Assembly: GCA_023380475.1 (NCBI GenBank)
Contig: JAMCRD010000006.1
Coordinates: 117,996-181,995, forward strand
Direction: 5' to 3'
From: Patescibacteria group bacterium
Lineage (GTDB): Bacteria > Patescibacteriota > Minisyncoccia > UBA6257 > Colwellbacteraceae
DNA length: 64,000 nucleotides
A program made the position numbers and the translations under genes. Below, in pieces: positions 48,356 through 57,424 of the stretch (positions within the stretch are counted from its first letter, which is position 1; every line of letters starts with the position of its first letter). A model generated the notes under the pieces. It saw only the letters and a list, made by a program, of their open reading frames with translations. It did not search any database and was not told where the DNA came from.

Positions 48356-48991
48356 ATGCTAGTCATACCGGTCATAAACTGCCGCGATGCCAAGACTGCC
48401 GGTATTAATATTAAAAAAGCGGCGGAGTTTTCGAACTGGATACATATAGATATCGTCGACGGCCTGTTTGCCTCCGGAGTAACTTGGGGTGATCCCTCAG
48501 TGCTCCGTGGACTCAAGGACGAGTTTCCAAACATGCATTTCGAGATCCATTTGATGGTACAAGAGGCCGATGAAGCCGCACGTAACTGGCTGGAGGCCGG
48601 GGTAGATCGGGTGATAATACCATTGGAAACCATGAAAGATCCGGGATCGATACTGAACGAAGCTCGGCGGCATGCCGCCGAGGTGATGCTATCCATATCT
48701 CCTTCCACCTCAGCCGAGAACCTTATACCGTACCTGTCCTCCTTCACCGCCTTCCAAGTGCTGGCAGTTAGTCCCGGCCCCTCAGGGCAAAAGTTCTGGG
48801 CGGGCGCGGTAGATAAAGTGAGATTCATTGCCAAGAGTCGGCCGACGGCCGTGATTGAAGTCGACGGCGGGGTAAGCTTGGGGGTTTGTCACTCGTTGAG
48901 CGAAGCTGGAGCCACAGCGGTGGCCTCGGCTACCTATATTTTCGGCAGTCCTGATCCCAAACTAGCTTACAAAGAACTCTCCAGTTGTTAA
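48356..48991 (+). CDS. rpe: Ribulose-phosphate 3-epimerase
   Basis: HIDIVDGLFASGVTWG, HLMV, TIM-barrel Rpe pattern. Confidence 0.85.
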   Translation: MLVIPVINCRDAKTAGINIKKAAEFSNWIHIDIVDGLFASGVTWGDPSVLRGLKDEFPNMHFEIHLMVQEADEAARNWLEAGVDRVIIPLETMKDPGSILNEARRHAAEVMLSISPSTSAENLIPYLSSFTAFQVLAVSPGPSGQKFWAGAVDKVRFIAKSRPTAVIEVDGGVSLGVCHSLSEAGATAVASATYIFGSPDPKLAYKELSSC

Positions 48992-49021
48992 ATTTTCTTA
49001 TTTTGGATACAGTCGTATCCA

Positions 49022-49055
49022 TTGACGTAATGCCTCCGCAACCCTGTGATATAAT
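49022..49055 (+). promoter_or_regulatory. Promoter TTGACG-22-TGaTATAAT (extended -10), 8 nt upstream of the transketolase ATG
   Basis: aTTGACGtaatgcctccgcaaccctgTGaTATAATcaaatcacATG. Confidence 0.45.
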
Positions 49056-49063
49056 CAAATCAC

Positions 49064-49921
49064 ATGGTATTAAACGATGATAAGTTGCAGTCTCTTCGTG
49101 ACACAGCCGTTAAAATTAGGGAAACGATAATCGAGACTCTTATTGAAGCCGGATCCGGACATTCCGCCGGACCAATGGGCATGGCGGATGTGTTCACCGC
49201 TTTTTATTTTCACATCCTGAATCATGATCCCAAGAAACCGGATTGGCCGGATCGGGATCGGCTGATTCTCTCCAACGGTCACATCTGCCCGGTGCTCTAT
49301 GTCACTTTAGCCTATTCCGGATACTTCCCGATGGAGGAGTTGAAAACGCTGCGTAAACTGAATTCGCGGTTACAAGGCCACCCTCACCGCAAGTCACCGC
49401 CGGGCATTGAAACAACTTCCGGTCCGCTTGGTTCAGGACTAAGCCAAGCCATCGGCATGGCTCTTGCGGCCCGGCTCGATAAGGCAAAATACAGAATTTA
49501 CTGCCTGACCTCAGACGGCGAACACGACGAAGGGAATACTTGGGAAGCGATAATGTTTGCCGGTAAGAACAAGTTGTCTAACCTCACAGTGGTCATCGAT
49601 CGCAATAATATCCAGATAGACGGTTTTACGGAGAACGTCATGCCTTTGGAACCACTTAAGCAAAAATACGAGTCATTTGGTTGGCAGGTGCTGGAAATAG
49701 ACGGGCACAACTTTAACGCCATCATCGATGCTGTAAATGAGGCCAAGGCTATACATGAAAAGCCCACCGTTATAATTGCCCATACCATCCCGGGCAAGGG
49801 GGTGAGTTTTATGGAGAACGATTACTTGTGGCATGGTAAACCGCCGACGAGAGAAGAAGGTGAAAAAGCTTTGAAGGAGCTGCGGACTCTTCAAGGCAAA
49901 ATAGAATCAGAACATCAATGA
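49064..49921 (+). CDS. tkt: Transketolase, N-terminal (TPP pyrophosphate-binding) subunit
   Basis: GSGHSAGPMGMADV, GDGEHDEGNTWEA (TPP-binding GDG motif); split-gene arrangement. Confidence 0.9.
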   Translation: MVLNDDKLQSLRDTAVKIRETIIETLIEAGSGHSAGPMGMADVFTAFYFHILNHDPKKPDWPDRDRLILSNGHICPVLYVTLAYSGYFPMEELKTLRKLNSRLQGHPHRKSPPGIETTSGPLGSGLSQAIGMALAARLDKAKYRIYCLTSDGEHDEGNTWEAIMFAGKNKLSNLTVVIDRNNIQIDGFTENVMPLEPLKQKYESFGWQVLEIDGHNFNAIIDAVNEAKAIHEKPTVIIAHTIPGKGVSFMENDYLWHGKPPTREEGEKALKELRTLQGKIESEHQ

Positions 49922-49931
49922 CCATACTGAG

Positions 49932-50921
49932 ATGTTGAACCCTAAAGCGAAACTTAATCCGAAACTATTCGACGCCGATGTCGAGGCCAGACCGATACGT
50001 GACGGGTACGGTGAAGGATTGGTCGTAGCTGGTGAGAAGAACCCGAACGTGGTTGTGTTGTGTGCTGACCTGACTGAATCAACTAGGTCGGAAGCGTTCG
50101 CCAAGAAATTCCCGGAGCGATTCTTTGAGGTGGGCGTTGCTGAACAAAACATGGTCACAATAGCCTCCGGCTTGGGTATTGCTGGCAAGATCCCTTTTGT
50201 ATCGTCCTATGCAACTTTTTCGCCTGGGCGTAACTGGGAACAGATCCGCACGACCGTAACCTACAATGACTCCAACGTTAAGATTGCCGGTCACCATTCT
50301 GGGATATCGGTAGGGCCGGATGGGGCAACTCATCAGGCCATAGAAGACATAGCGACGATGCGTGTCCTAGCTAACATGAAAGTCTTCGTGCCGTGCGATG
50401 CGATCGAGGCTAGGAAAGCCACCCTAGCTGCTGCTCAGATTGTCGGGCCAGTCTATGTGCGGCTGGCCAGGGAGAAATCAGCTGTCATAACCACCGAAGA
50501 CACTCCGTATAGTCCCGGCAAGGCCGAAGTTTTCTGGGAGTCTGATAAGCCGGAAGTGGCTGTCGTAGCCTGCGGCCAGTTGGTATATCAATCGCTCTTG
50601 GCAGCGAAGGAGCTGGAAAAGGACGGGATAGACGTAGTCGTTCTCAATAACCAGAGCGTCAAACCGATGGATGAAGCTGGTTTGATCAACGCCGCTAAAA
50701 GCTGCGGCGCAGTAGTGACAGTCGAGGAACACCAAGTCGCAGGCGGAATGGGCAGTGCGGTAGCTGAGCTATTGGCTCGCAAATTCCCGGTGCCAATGGA
50801 ATTTGTCGGCATGCAAGACGTATACGGAGAATCCGGCAAGCCCAATGAACTTATTGAAAAATACGGTATGGGTGTTAAAGATATAAAAGAAGCCGTCAAA
50901 AAAGTTATCTCGAGAAAGTAA
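49932..50921 (+). CDS. tkt: Transketolase, C-terminal (pyrimidine-binding/C-terminal domains) subunit
   Basis: FEVGVAEQNMVTIASGL, HHSGISVGPDGATHQAIEDIA motifs. Confidence 0.9.
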   Translation: MLNPKAKLNPKLFDADVEARPIRDGYGEGLVVAGEKNPNVVVLCADLTESTRSEAFAKKFPERFFEVGVAEQNMVTIASGLGIAGKIPFVSSYATFSPGRNWEQIRTTVTYNDSNVKIAGHHSGISVGPDGATHQAIEDIATMRVLANMKVFVPCDAIEARKATLAAAQIVGPVYVRLAREKSAVITTEDTPYSPGKAEVFWESDKPEVAVVACGQLVYQSLLAAKELEKDGIDVVVLNNQSVKPMDEAGLINAAKSCGAVVTVEEHQVAGGMGSAVAELLARKFPVPMEFVGMQDVYGESGKPNELIEKYGMGVKDIKEAVKKVISRK

Positions 50922-51949
50922 TGGCGACCAGGAGAAAATATGATGTAGTAACAATTGGGTCGGCAACGCGCGATGCCTTCTTTGAAGGCGGTTTCAAAAT
51001 CGAACCTTACCCCAAGACGGAAAGCGGTCGGGCGATAATATTGCCGTTCGGGGAGAAATTTGGAGTAAAAAGAGTGTATTTCACGATTGGCGGAAACGCC
51101 GCCAACGCTGGTGTGACTTTCAGGAAACAGGGGTTCAAAACGGCTGTTGTGGCTAAGGTTGGCCGTGACGTATCGGGAGAAGAAGTAAGACGGCGTTTGG
51201 AGCGGGAGGGCGTAAGCACCTCACACATAACATTCTCGGAATTGCCGACAGCCTATTCGGTATTGCTGTTGGAGGGTGGAGAACGCACTATCCTTAATTA
51301 CCCTGGTGCAGCCAACGAGTTCTCTATAAAGGAAATAAACTTTGGTAGCCTTGATGCCAGATGGTGGTATGTGTCTATGCCGGGCAAGTCCTTCAGGTCG
51401 TTTCCGGATGTTTTGAGAATGGCGGAACGTAAGGGAATTAAAGTTGCTTTAAACCCCACCATGGCTCATATCACGGGCGCTAGGAAAGAACTCCTGAAGC
51501 TGATACCGCGAATATCGTTTTTGGTTATGAATGACAGCGAGGCTTCAGTTCTTACGGGGATATCCTTCAAGAAGGAAAGCACTATATTCAAGCGTATTGA
51601 GAAGATAGACCGGAGCATCGTAGCTATAACCGCGGGTCCTAAAGGAGTCACCGTCTCCGATGGAAGATTTATGTACCACGCCGGCATATTCAAAGAAAAA
51701 AGGTTGGTCGATAGAACCGGAGCGGGAGACGCCTTCGGTTCAGCGTTTGTGTCAGCCTTACTAAGGAAAGAACATCCGAACGGTAGAGGCTACGGCCAGG
51801 AGGATATCGAATATGCCATACGTCTTGCTTCAGCCAACTCCACCGCTACCGTTGAAGCCATGGGGGCGACTGAAGGTACATTGTCCAAGCGCCAATTTGA
51901 CACTGAGCTGCGCTTTAAGAAGCTAAATATAAGACGTAAACCTATATAA
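50921..51949 (+). CDS. PfkB-family carbohydrate/sugar-phosphate kinase
   Basis: Ribokinase-fold; C-terminal DRTGAGDAFGSAFV (GAGD anion hole). Confidence 0.8.
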   Translation: MATRRKYDVVTIGSATRDAFFEGGFKIEPYPKTESGRAIILPFGEKFGVKRVYFTIGGNAANAGVTFRKQGFKTAVVAKVGRDVSGEEVRRRLEREGVSTSHITFSELPTAYSVLLLEGGERTILNYPGAANEFSIKEINFGSLDARWWYVSMPGKSFRSFPDVLRMAERKGIKVALNPTMAHITGARKELLKLIPRISFLVMNDSEASVLTGISFKKESTIFKRIEKIDRSIVAITAGPKGVTVSDGRFMYHAGIFKEKRLVDRTGAGDAFGSAFVSALLRKEHPNGRGYGQEDIEYAIRLASANSTATVEAMGATEGTLSKRQFDTELRFKKLNIRRKPI

Positions 51950-51950
51950 G

Positions 51951-53198
51951 ATGAATCAGTATGAAAAATTGGCTGCGATTCTAAAGCTAGATCCGGCTGT
52001 GCTTGAAAATCTTGACCATGAAATGGCTGCTAGAACCGGCCAGCAAGACATTATGAAAAAAATTGTCGATGAGAATGAAAGAATGGTTAACACTACTCTT
52101 AGCGTCCTCGACCCCGGAGACCGTACCTCCAGGCATGTCCGAAGCATCTTGCGCAAGACAATTCTCCATCATGAGGATGAGTTACTTGATTACCTTGATG
52201 CCGTCGAAGGTGAAAATGAACTTGAGAAAGCAGTCGCGTTGGCGCGGAAGGTGGCTCACGTCGGCCCGGGCTATTTCCTGAAGAAAGAGCATGCAGCAGA
52301 GATATTGCGTAAATGCCCTCCAGAGAACGTCCTGAAATACCTCGGCGTGTCGGATGTAGATAGCGCTTTAAAAAACCATGATGTCGTCGAGATCTTTACG
52401 GCGCTCAGGTTTATGGAATCGGATGAGTGGATGCACGAAACTTTTGAAAAGGCTTACGGCAACTTCGCCGCCGCCGACTTTGAAGAACGGCCGATAGAAA
52501 TAAAGGTTCTTGGCAAGGAATGGCATGAGGTCGCCAAGAAATTCGTTGCGAAGAAACATCACAATGTTAGCCACCTTAAAGAGTTCGGAGTGATATTTTT
52601 GAACCCGATTCAAGAGAGACTGCCTGGCAAATTCTTCCGTGACTTCGCTTTGCTGTTTCACTATTCTCACGAAATCGAGTTTTACTCCAAGATGTTCAGG
52701 GTCTTCGCCGCTGGTCCGGATTTCGCACAAAAGTTCAAGGCGTTGCTCCGTGGTGACGTACCAGAGACGAACAAGCTTAATCCTGGGGAGTGGATGATTG
52801 TCCAGCGCTACCTGGCTAAGGTCAATCCGTCTGACCCACGTCTGTTCATGCCGAGAGTGAACCCTGAATCGCTACACTGGCGTCGCGGTGAGACAGATAT
52901 TGCTATGTTCCAAATCCCGCAGGTGAAGCTCAATCTTAACATATGGTCGGACCTCGATTGGGTAGGAGAAATATTTGATATAGATTCCCCGGCGGACGGT
53001 AAGGAGTTAGTCAGCTTCGATTTGGAGGATAACGCTATGACCCTAGTCTCATTTATGGAGGGCGAAGATCAGCAATCGTTTACATATCACCAAATGGAAG
53101 CTATGTGGACCAGGATTTTCAGCGAGTATGTTGGTGGCGACGATAATATGGAGAAGCTATTGATAACCAACTTCGACAAAGGAATAGTTAAGTTCTAA
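51951..53198 (+). CDS. Conserved hypothetical cytoplasmic protein embedded in the sugar-phosphate operon
   Basis: 415 aa, no TM, no motif I can assign; tightly coupled between the PfkB kinase (stop 51949) and the class II aldolase (start 53199). Confidence 0.5.
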   Translation: MNQYEKLAAILKLDPAVLENLDHEMAARTGQQDIMKKIVDENERMVNTTLSVLDPGDRTSRHVRSILRKTILHHEDELLDYLDAVEGENELEKAVALARKVAHVGPGYFLKKEHAAEILRKCPPENVLKYLGVSDVDSALKNHDVVEIFTALRFMESDEWMHETFEKAYGNFAAADFEERPIEIKVLGKEWHEVAKKFVAKKHHNVSHLKEFGVIFLNPIQERLPGKFFRDFALLFHYSHEIEFYSKMFRVFAAGPDFAQKFKALLRGDVPETNKLNPGEWMIVQRYLAKVNPSDPRLFMPRVNPESLHWRRGETDIAMFQIPQVKLNLNIWSDLDWVGEIFDIDSPADGKELVSFDLEDNAMTLVSFMEGEDQQSFTYHQMEAMWTRIFSEYVGGDDNMEKLLITNFDKGIVKF

Positions 53199-54071
53199 AT
53201 GAAAACGCTAAAGGAAATATTGGTAGATGCTGATGGCCGCAGAGTCGCGGTGGGACACTTTAATATCTCGGACTTGGGAGCGTTCAAGGGCATAACCTCC
53301 GCTGCCCAGGAATTGAAGGTACCGGTGCTAATCGGGGTCTCCGAAGGCGAAAGGGAGTTTCTGGGAGTGCGAACCGCTGCTGCTATCGTAAAGTCATATC
53401 AAGACCAATATGACTTTCCTATCTATCTCAATGCTGATCACACTCATTCCTTGGACAAGGTAAAGGAAGCGGCCGAAGCCGGATTCGACGAAATACTGTT
53501 CGACGGTTCGGCATTACCGATGAAGGAAAATATTAAACAAACCAAAGAAGCTGTTGAGATCGTGCGGTCGATAAACCCCGCGATCGTCGTTGAGGGTGAA
53601 ATAGGCTATATTGGCTCTTCCTCGGAAATAGTGAATGAACGGCCCGAGAGTTCGCTTAGGCTCTCAACGCCAGAAGAAGCCGTAAGCTTCGTAAAGGAGA
53701 CGGGGATTGACGTTCTGGCTCCAGCAGTTGGGAACATGCATGGCATGCTCAAGACAATGTTAAGCGGTGATGTCCATAAACGTTTGGATATCGGTCTTAT
53801 CGGAGAGATAAAAAAAGCCTGCGGCGGCATACTTATGACTCTCCATGGCGGTTCGGGAACGGCTGATGAAGACTTTACAGCTGCTGTTAAAGCGGGGATA
53901 GACATAGTCCATGTCTCGACAGAGTTACGTATAGCCTGGCGGAAAGGCTTGGAGGAGGCATTGCATGCCAAGCCCGACGAAGTCGCCCCCTATAAGCTGG
54001 TCGCCACAGCGACCGACAACATATATAAAGTGGTCTTGAACAGGCTGAAACTTTTCAACGGTTTGAGTTGA
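53199..54071 (+). CDS. fba: Class II fructose/tagatose-bisphosphate aldolase
   Basis: VAVGHFNISDLG, LNADHTHS, LHGGSGT metal-dependent aldolase motifs. Confidence 0.85.
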   Translation: MKTLKEILVDADGRRVAVGHFNISDLGAFKGITSAAQELKVPVLIGVSEGEREFLGVRTAAAIVKSYQDQYDFPIYLNADHTHSLDKVKEAAEAGFDEILFDGSALPMKENIKQTKEAVEIVRSINPAIVVEGEIGYIGSSSEIVNERPESSLRLSTPEEAVSFVKETGIDVLAPAVGNMHGMLKTMLSGDVHKRLDIGLIGEIKKACGGILMTLHGGSGTADEDFTAAVKAGIDIVHVSTELRIAWRKGLEEALHAKPDEVAPYKLVATATDNIYKVVLNRLKLFNGLS

Positions 54072-54134
54072 AATCGTGCCACCTCTTGAGTTTCTTGGAT
54101 TAATCCTTACAATGGGATTGTTAGTTTGCCTGGA

Positions 54135-54797
54135 ATGATAGAACTGAAAACAGAAAAAAGAACTGTCTTGGGCAGAGCCAGCGCTGCTTTACGAGAAAAG
54201 GGGCTGGTACCGGCGGAGTTATATGGTCACGGCGTCCCCAATGTTCACCTGGCTGTTGACGGCCGGGAGTTTGAGCAAGCCTTTAAAGTAGCCGGAGAAA
54301 ACACGGTTATCAACATGCTGGTTGATGGCAAGCCAGTTCCAGTTCTAATCTACTACGTCAACCGCGATCGGGTTAAGGACCAGATCCTAGCCATTGATTT
54401 CTATAAAGTGAACATGAAAGAGAAACTGCAGGCTGAGATACCGTTGCACTTCGAGGGAGAGTCACCAGCGGTTAAGGAGGGTGGAATACTCATAAAAGCC
54501 ATGGATGGTGTTAGGGTTGAGGCCTTGCCGCAAGATTTACCGGAGTACCTAGCGGTTGATCTCAGTAAACTGAACAAGATCGGGGACAGCATATATGTGC
54601 GTGATCTGGTTCAGAGCGACAAATTCGAATATCTAGTCGAAGCAGCTACAGTAGTGGCCAGTATTACCGAACAGGCTGAAGAAGAAGTTGCCGCCCCAAC
54701 GGTTACGCCGGAAGAGGTGGTGGTGGAAACCGAAGAAAAGAAAGCGGAGCGCGATCAGGCCAAAGCGGCTGAAAGCAGCAAGGGGGAGTCTAAGTAA
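54135..54797 (+). CDS. rplY: 50S ribosomal protein L25 / general stress protein Ctc, with acidic C-terminal tail
   Basis: MIELKTEKRTVLGRASAALREKGLVPAELYG...; C-terminal E/A/K-rich low-complexity extension. The track ORF starts at TTG 54126. Confidence 0.85.
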   Translation: MIELKTEKRTVLGRASAALREKGLVPAELYGHGVPNVHLAVDGREFEQAFKVAGENTVINMLVDGKPVPVLIYYVNRDRVKDQILAIDFYKVNMKEKLQAEIPLHFEGESPAVKEGGILIKAMDGVRVEALPQDLPEYLAVDLSKLNKIGDSIYVRDLVQSDKFEYLVEAATVVASITEQAEEEVAAPTVTPEEVVVETEEKKAERDQAKAAESSKGESK

Positions 54798-54889
54798 CGC
54801 AAGGACCCCGATAATTTTAAGGCTGACGCAACGGGTGTCGTGAAATGCTGCCTTGGCGTAGTCGCCAGCTGGTAATAGAATATCTTTAG

Positions 54890-56314
54890 ATGAGGCTGAA
54901 ACCTCGTACAATTTATGACGTTAAACCCAGTGGCGCGGATGTTTTCGTCCCAAGTAAGCGGATAGTCAATCTCAGCCGGGTTAAATATTTTGCGGCGCAC
55001 GGACAGCGTAAGCTTGTTGTGTTGCTCGCGGTTATCTTGCCGCTCCTGTTCCTTACCTCTGTGGGCGCCCCGGTTACGACTGGTAGTACCTCCGCTACAG
55101 CCGGTTCGACTGATGTCCAGCGTCAGGCTCTCGAAGCTCAGTTGCAGCAGCTTGAAAGCCAGATTGCAGGTTACGAAACAACGATTTCCAATTATCAAAA
55201 GCAGGGTAAAAGCTTGACCACGGAGATAAATACGCTAAATGCCAACATCGCCAAGATCAACCTGCAGATAAGGGCTATAAATATTTCTTTGGATGAATTG
55301 AACGGAGAAATTAAAGATACGAATTCACAGATAAGCGTGACGGAGAGCAACATCAATGCCGGCAAACTCAGTTTGGCCAGTGCCTTGCAGGATATGTATG
55401 AGAATGACAACCAGAATTTGGCTGAGATTCTTTTGGCCCACCCGCAACTGTCTGATTTCTTCGACAACGTGAACAACCTTGATCTACTGCAAGAAAACGT
55501 CCAGGTAGCCATCACCAACCTTGCGGCGATGGAAACCACTCTTCAGAATCAGAAGCAGGAATTGGGTGTAAAGTTGTCTGATGAAGCGACACTTAAGGCC
55601 TATCAAGCCCAACAAGCTACAGCTCTGCGGTCGACTAAGACAGACAAAACAAGCCTTCTCGCTGAGACCAAGGGTCAAGAAGCGGCCTATCAGAAAATAC
55701 TGGCTACCACTCAACAGACAGCTGCCCAGATCCGTAACCAGATATTCCAGTTGTTGGGCGGCGGCACGCTAACTTTCGAAAAGGCTTATGAGTATGCAGC
55801 AGCCGCTCAAAGCGCGACCGGAGTCAGGGCCGCTTTCTTGCTAGCCGTCTTGGATCGCGAGTCGGCTTTGGGACAGAACGTCGGCCAGTGCAGCTACAAA
55901 ACGGCCATGAGCCCCAGCAACATACCAATATTTCTGCAGATAACCAAAGCCCTCGGACTAGATCCGAACGAAATGTTAGTTTCCTGCCCCAACGCTGACG
56001 GAGTATACGGCGGTGCCATGGGTCCGGCGCAATTTATACCGTCGACGTGGAAACTTTATACCAGTGCTGTTTCCAATATCACAGGCAACAACCCGGCGTC
56101 GCCGTGGAGCGATGCGGATGCTTTTACGGCGGCGGCACTGTATCTCAAAGACGCTGGTGCAGCTACCAATGAGCAGAAAGCCGCGGCAGAGTATTACTGT
56201 GGGTCAAACTGGAACCGCTACGTCTGCACCCAAGTTTACGGTCTGAACGTTATTGAGCAAGCCGATCAATTCCAGCAGGATATAAACGTGCTGAACAGTA
56301 ATTCGACAGGCTAG
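54890..56314 (+). CDS. Secreted coiled-coil protein with C-terminal lytic transglycosylase (MltB/Slt35-like) domain
   Basis: N-terminal anchor, ~250-aa coiled-coil (QLQQLESQIAGYETTISNYQKQGKSL...), then LAVLDRESALGQNVGQCSY (catalytic E-S) and GGAMGPAQFIPSTW (G-x-M-G-x-x-Q-F-x-P-S-T-W signature). Confidence 0.7.
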   Translation: MRLKPRTIYDVKPSGADVFVPSKRIVNLSRVKYFAAHGQRKLVVLLAVILPLLFLTSVGAPVTTGSTSATAGSTDVQRQALEAQLQQLESQIAGYETTISNYQKQGKSLTTEINTLNANIAKINLQIRAINISLDELNGEIKDTNSQISVTESNINAGKLSLASALQDMYENDNQNLAEILLAHPQLSDFFDNVNNLDLLQENVQVAITNLAAMETTLQNQKQELGVKLSDEATLKAYQAQQATALRSTKTDKTSLLAETKGQEAAYQKILATTQQTAAQIRNQIFQLLGGGTLTFEKAYEYAAAAQSATGVRAAFLLAVLDRESALGQNVGQCSYKTAMSPSNIPIFLQITKALGLDPNEMLVSCPNADGVYGGAMGPAQFIPSTWKLYTSAVSNITGNNPASPWSDADAFTAAALYLKDAGAATNEQKAAAEYYCGSNWNRYVCTQVYGLNVIEQADQFQQDINVLNSNSTG

Positions 56315-56321
56315 GCATTAG

Positions 56322-57050
56322 TTAGGCGGTCGTCTTCCTGAAGGCCTTAACTATGCCGTCTATGTTGCCTTCCATAATATCCTCGATGTTGTGCCATTTC
56401 TTGCCGATACGGTGATCGGTTATCCGGTCGTCCGGAAAGTTATAGGTGCGTATTTTCTCAGAACGGTCAGCCGAGCCTATTTGTTCTCGGCGCAGGTCAG
56501 TGACAGAGCCGGCAGTTTTCAGCTGCTCGGCTTCGTAGAGTTTAGCGCGCAGAATTTCCAAAGCTTTCTCACGGTTGGCGTGTTGCGATCGCTCGGAGCG
56601 CGAGCTCACTACTATCCCCGTGGGTTTGTGCAGGATTCTGACTGCCGTTTCCACTTTGTTTACGTTTTGTCCGCCCGGCCCACCGGCCCGCGAGAAGGTG
56701 ACTTCGATATCGTTCGGACTGATGTTAACTTCCTGAGCTTCGACCATGGGCAGTACGGCCACCGAGGCAGTGGAGGTATGAACTCGACCGTTCTTTTCGG
56801 TCTTGGGGATGCGTTGAACGCGGTGAACCCCTGACTCCTGCTTGAGGTCGTCGTAGACTCCTTCACCACTCACCTCGGATATAAAAGTTTTATATCCGCC
56901 AATCGTGCCTTCATTGGTATCAAGTACTGCAAAGCCCCAGCCGCGTTTGGCGGCGTAGCGCTGATACATACGGGCTAGGTCACCGGCGAAAAGAGAGGCC
57001 TCGTCGCCGCCGGCTCCAGCTCTTATTTCCAAAATTATTTTATTGGTCAT
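56322..57050 (-). CDS. prfA: Peptide chain release factor 1, N-terminally truncated (lacks domain 1)
   Basis: Starts directly at the domain-2 sequence [20 protein letters not shown]; tripeptide-anticodon region [13 protein letters not shown] (PxT type); GGQ motif ([13 protein letters not shown]). Only 42 nt separate it from rpmE upstream. Confidence 0.8.
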   Translation of the reverse strand: MTNKIILEIRAGAGGDEASLFAGDLARMYQRYAAKRGWGFAVLDTNEGTIGGYKTFISEVSGEGVYDDLKQESGVHRVQRIPKTEKNGRVHTSTASVAVLPMVEAQEVNISPNDIEVTFSRAGGPGGQNVNKVETAVRILHKPTGIVVSSRSERSQHANREKALEILRAKLYEAEQLKTAGSVTDLRREQIGSADRSEKIRTYNFPDDRITDHRIGKKWHNIEDIMEGNIDGIVKAFRKTTA

Positions 57051-57092
57051 CAGTTCCGTGACCGCTAACGATTAGACGATTGCGAAACGAGT

Positions 57093-57365
57093 CTACTTAT
57101 GTTTCTTGGCTTTGGCCTTTGCGGTCGCGCGCCTGATTTTCTTTTTGGGTGCCGGTTCAGCTACAGCCTTGGAACGTCTTGAGGCGAAACGTTCGATTCT
57201 TCCAGCAGTGTCGATCAGTTTCTCCTTACCGGTATAAAAAGGATGGCAGTTGCTGCATATTTCAACCTGAAGTTCTGACTTAGTCGAGCCGACGGTGAAT
57301 TCATAGCCGCAAGCACAGCGAACCTTGGCTTTAGGATAGTAGGTTGGATGTATTTTCTCCTTCAT
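57093..57365 (-). CDS. rpmE: 50S ribosomal protein L31 with Lys/Ala-rich C-terminal extension
   Basis: [23 protein letters not shown]...[11 protein letters not shown] (zinc-ribbon type A L31). Confidence 0.9.
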   Translation of the reverse strand: MKEKIHPTYYPKAKVRCACGYEFTVGSTKSELQVEICSNCHPFYTGKEKLIDTAGRIERFASRRSKAVAEPAPKKKIRRATAKAKAKKHK

Positions 57366-57395
57366 TGCGCCTTAGGTTACCATCGGTGCCAGAGT

Positions 57396-57424
57396 TTGAC
57401 AAGCTTAGGCCGAGGCTTTAATAT
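57396..57424 (+). promoter_or_regulatory. Near-consensus sigma70 promoter upstream of the 16S rRNA (TTGACA-17-TAATAT)
   Basis: TTGACAagcttaggccgaggcttTAATAT, ~160 nt upstream of the mature 16S 5' end. Confidence 0.5.
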
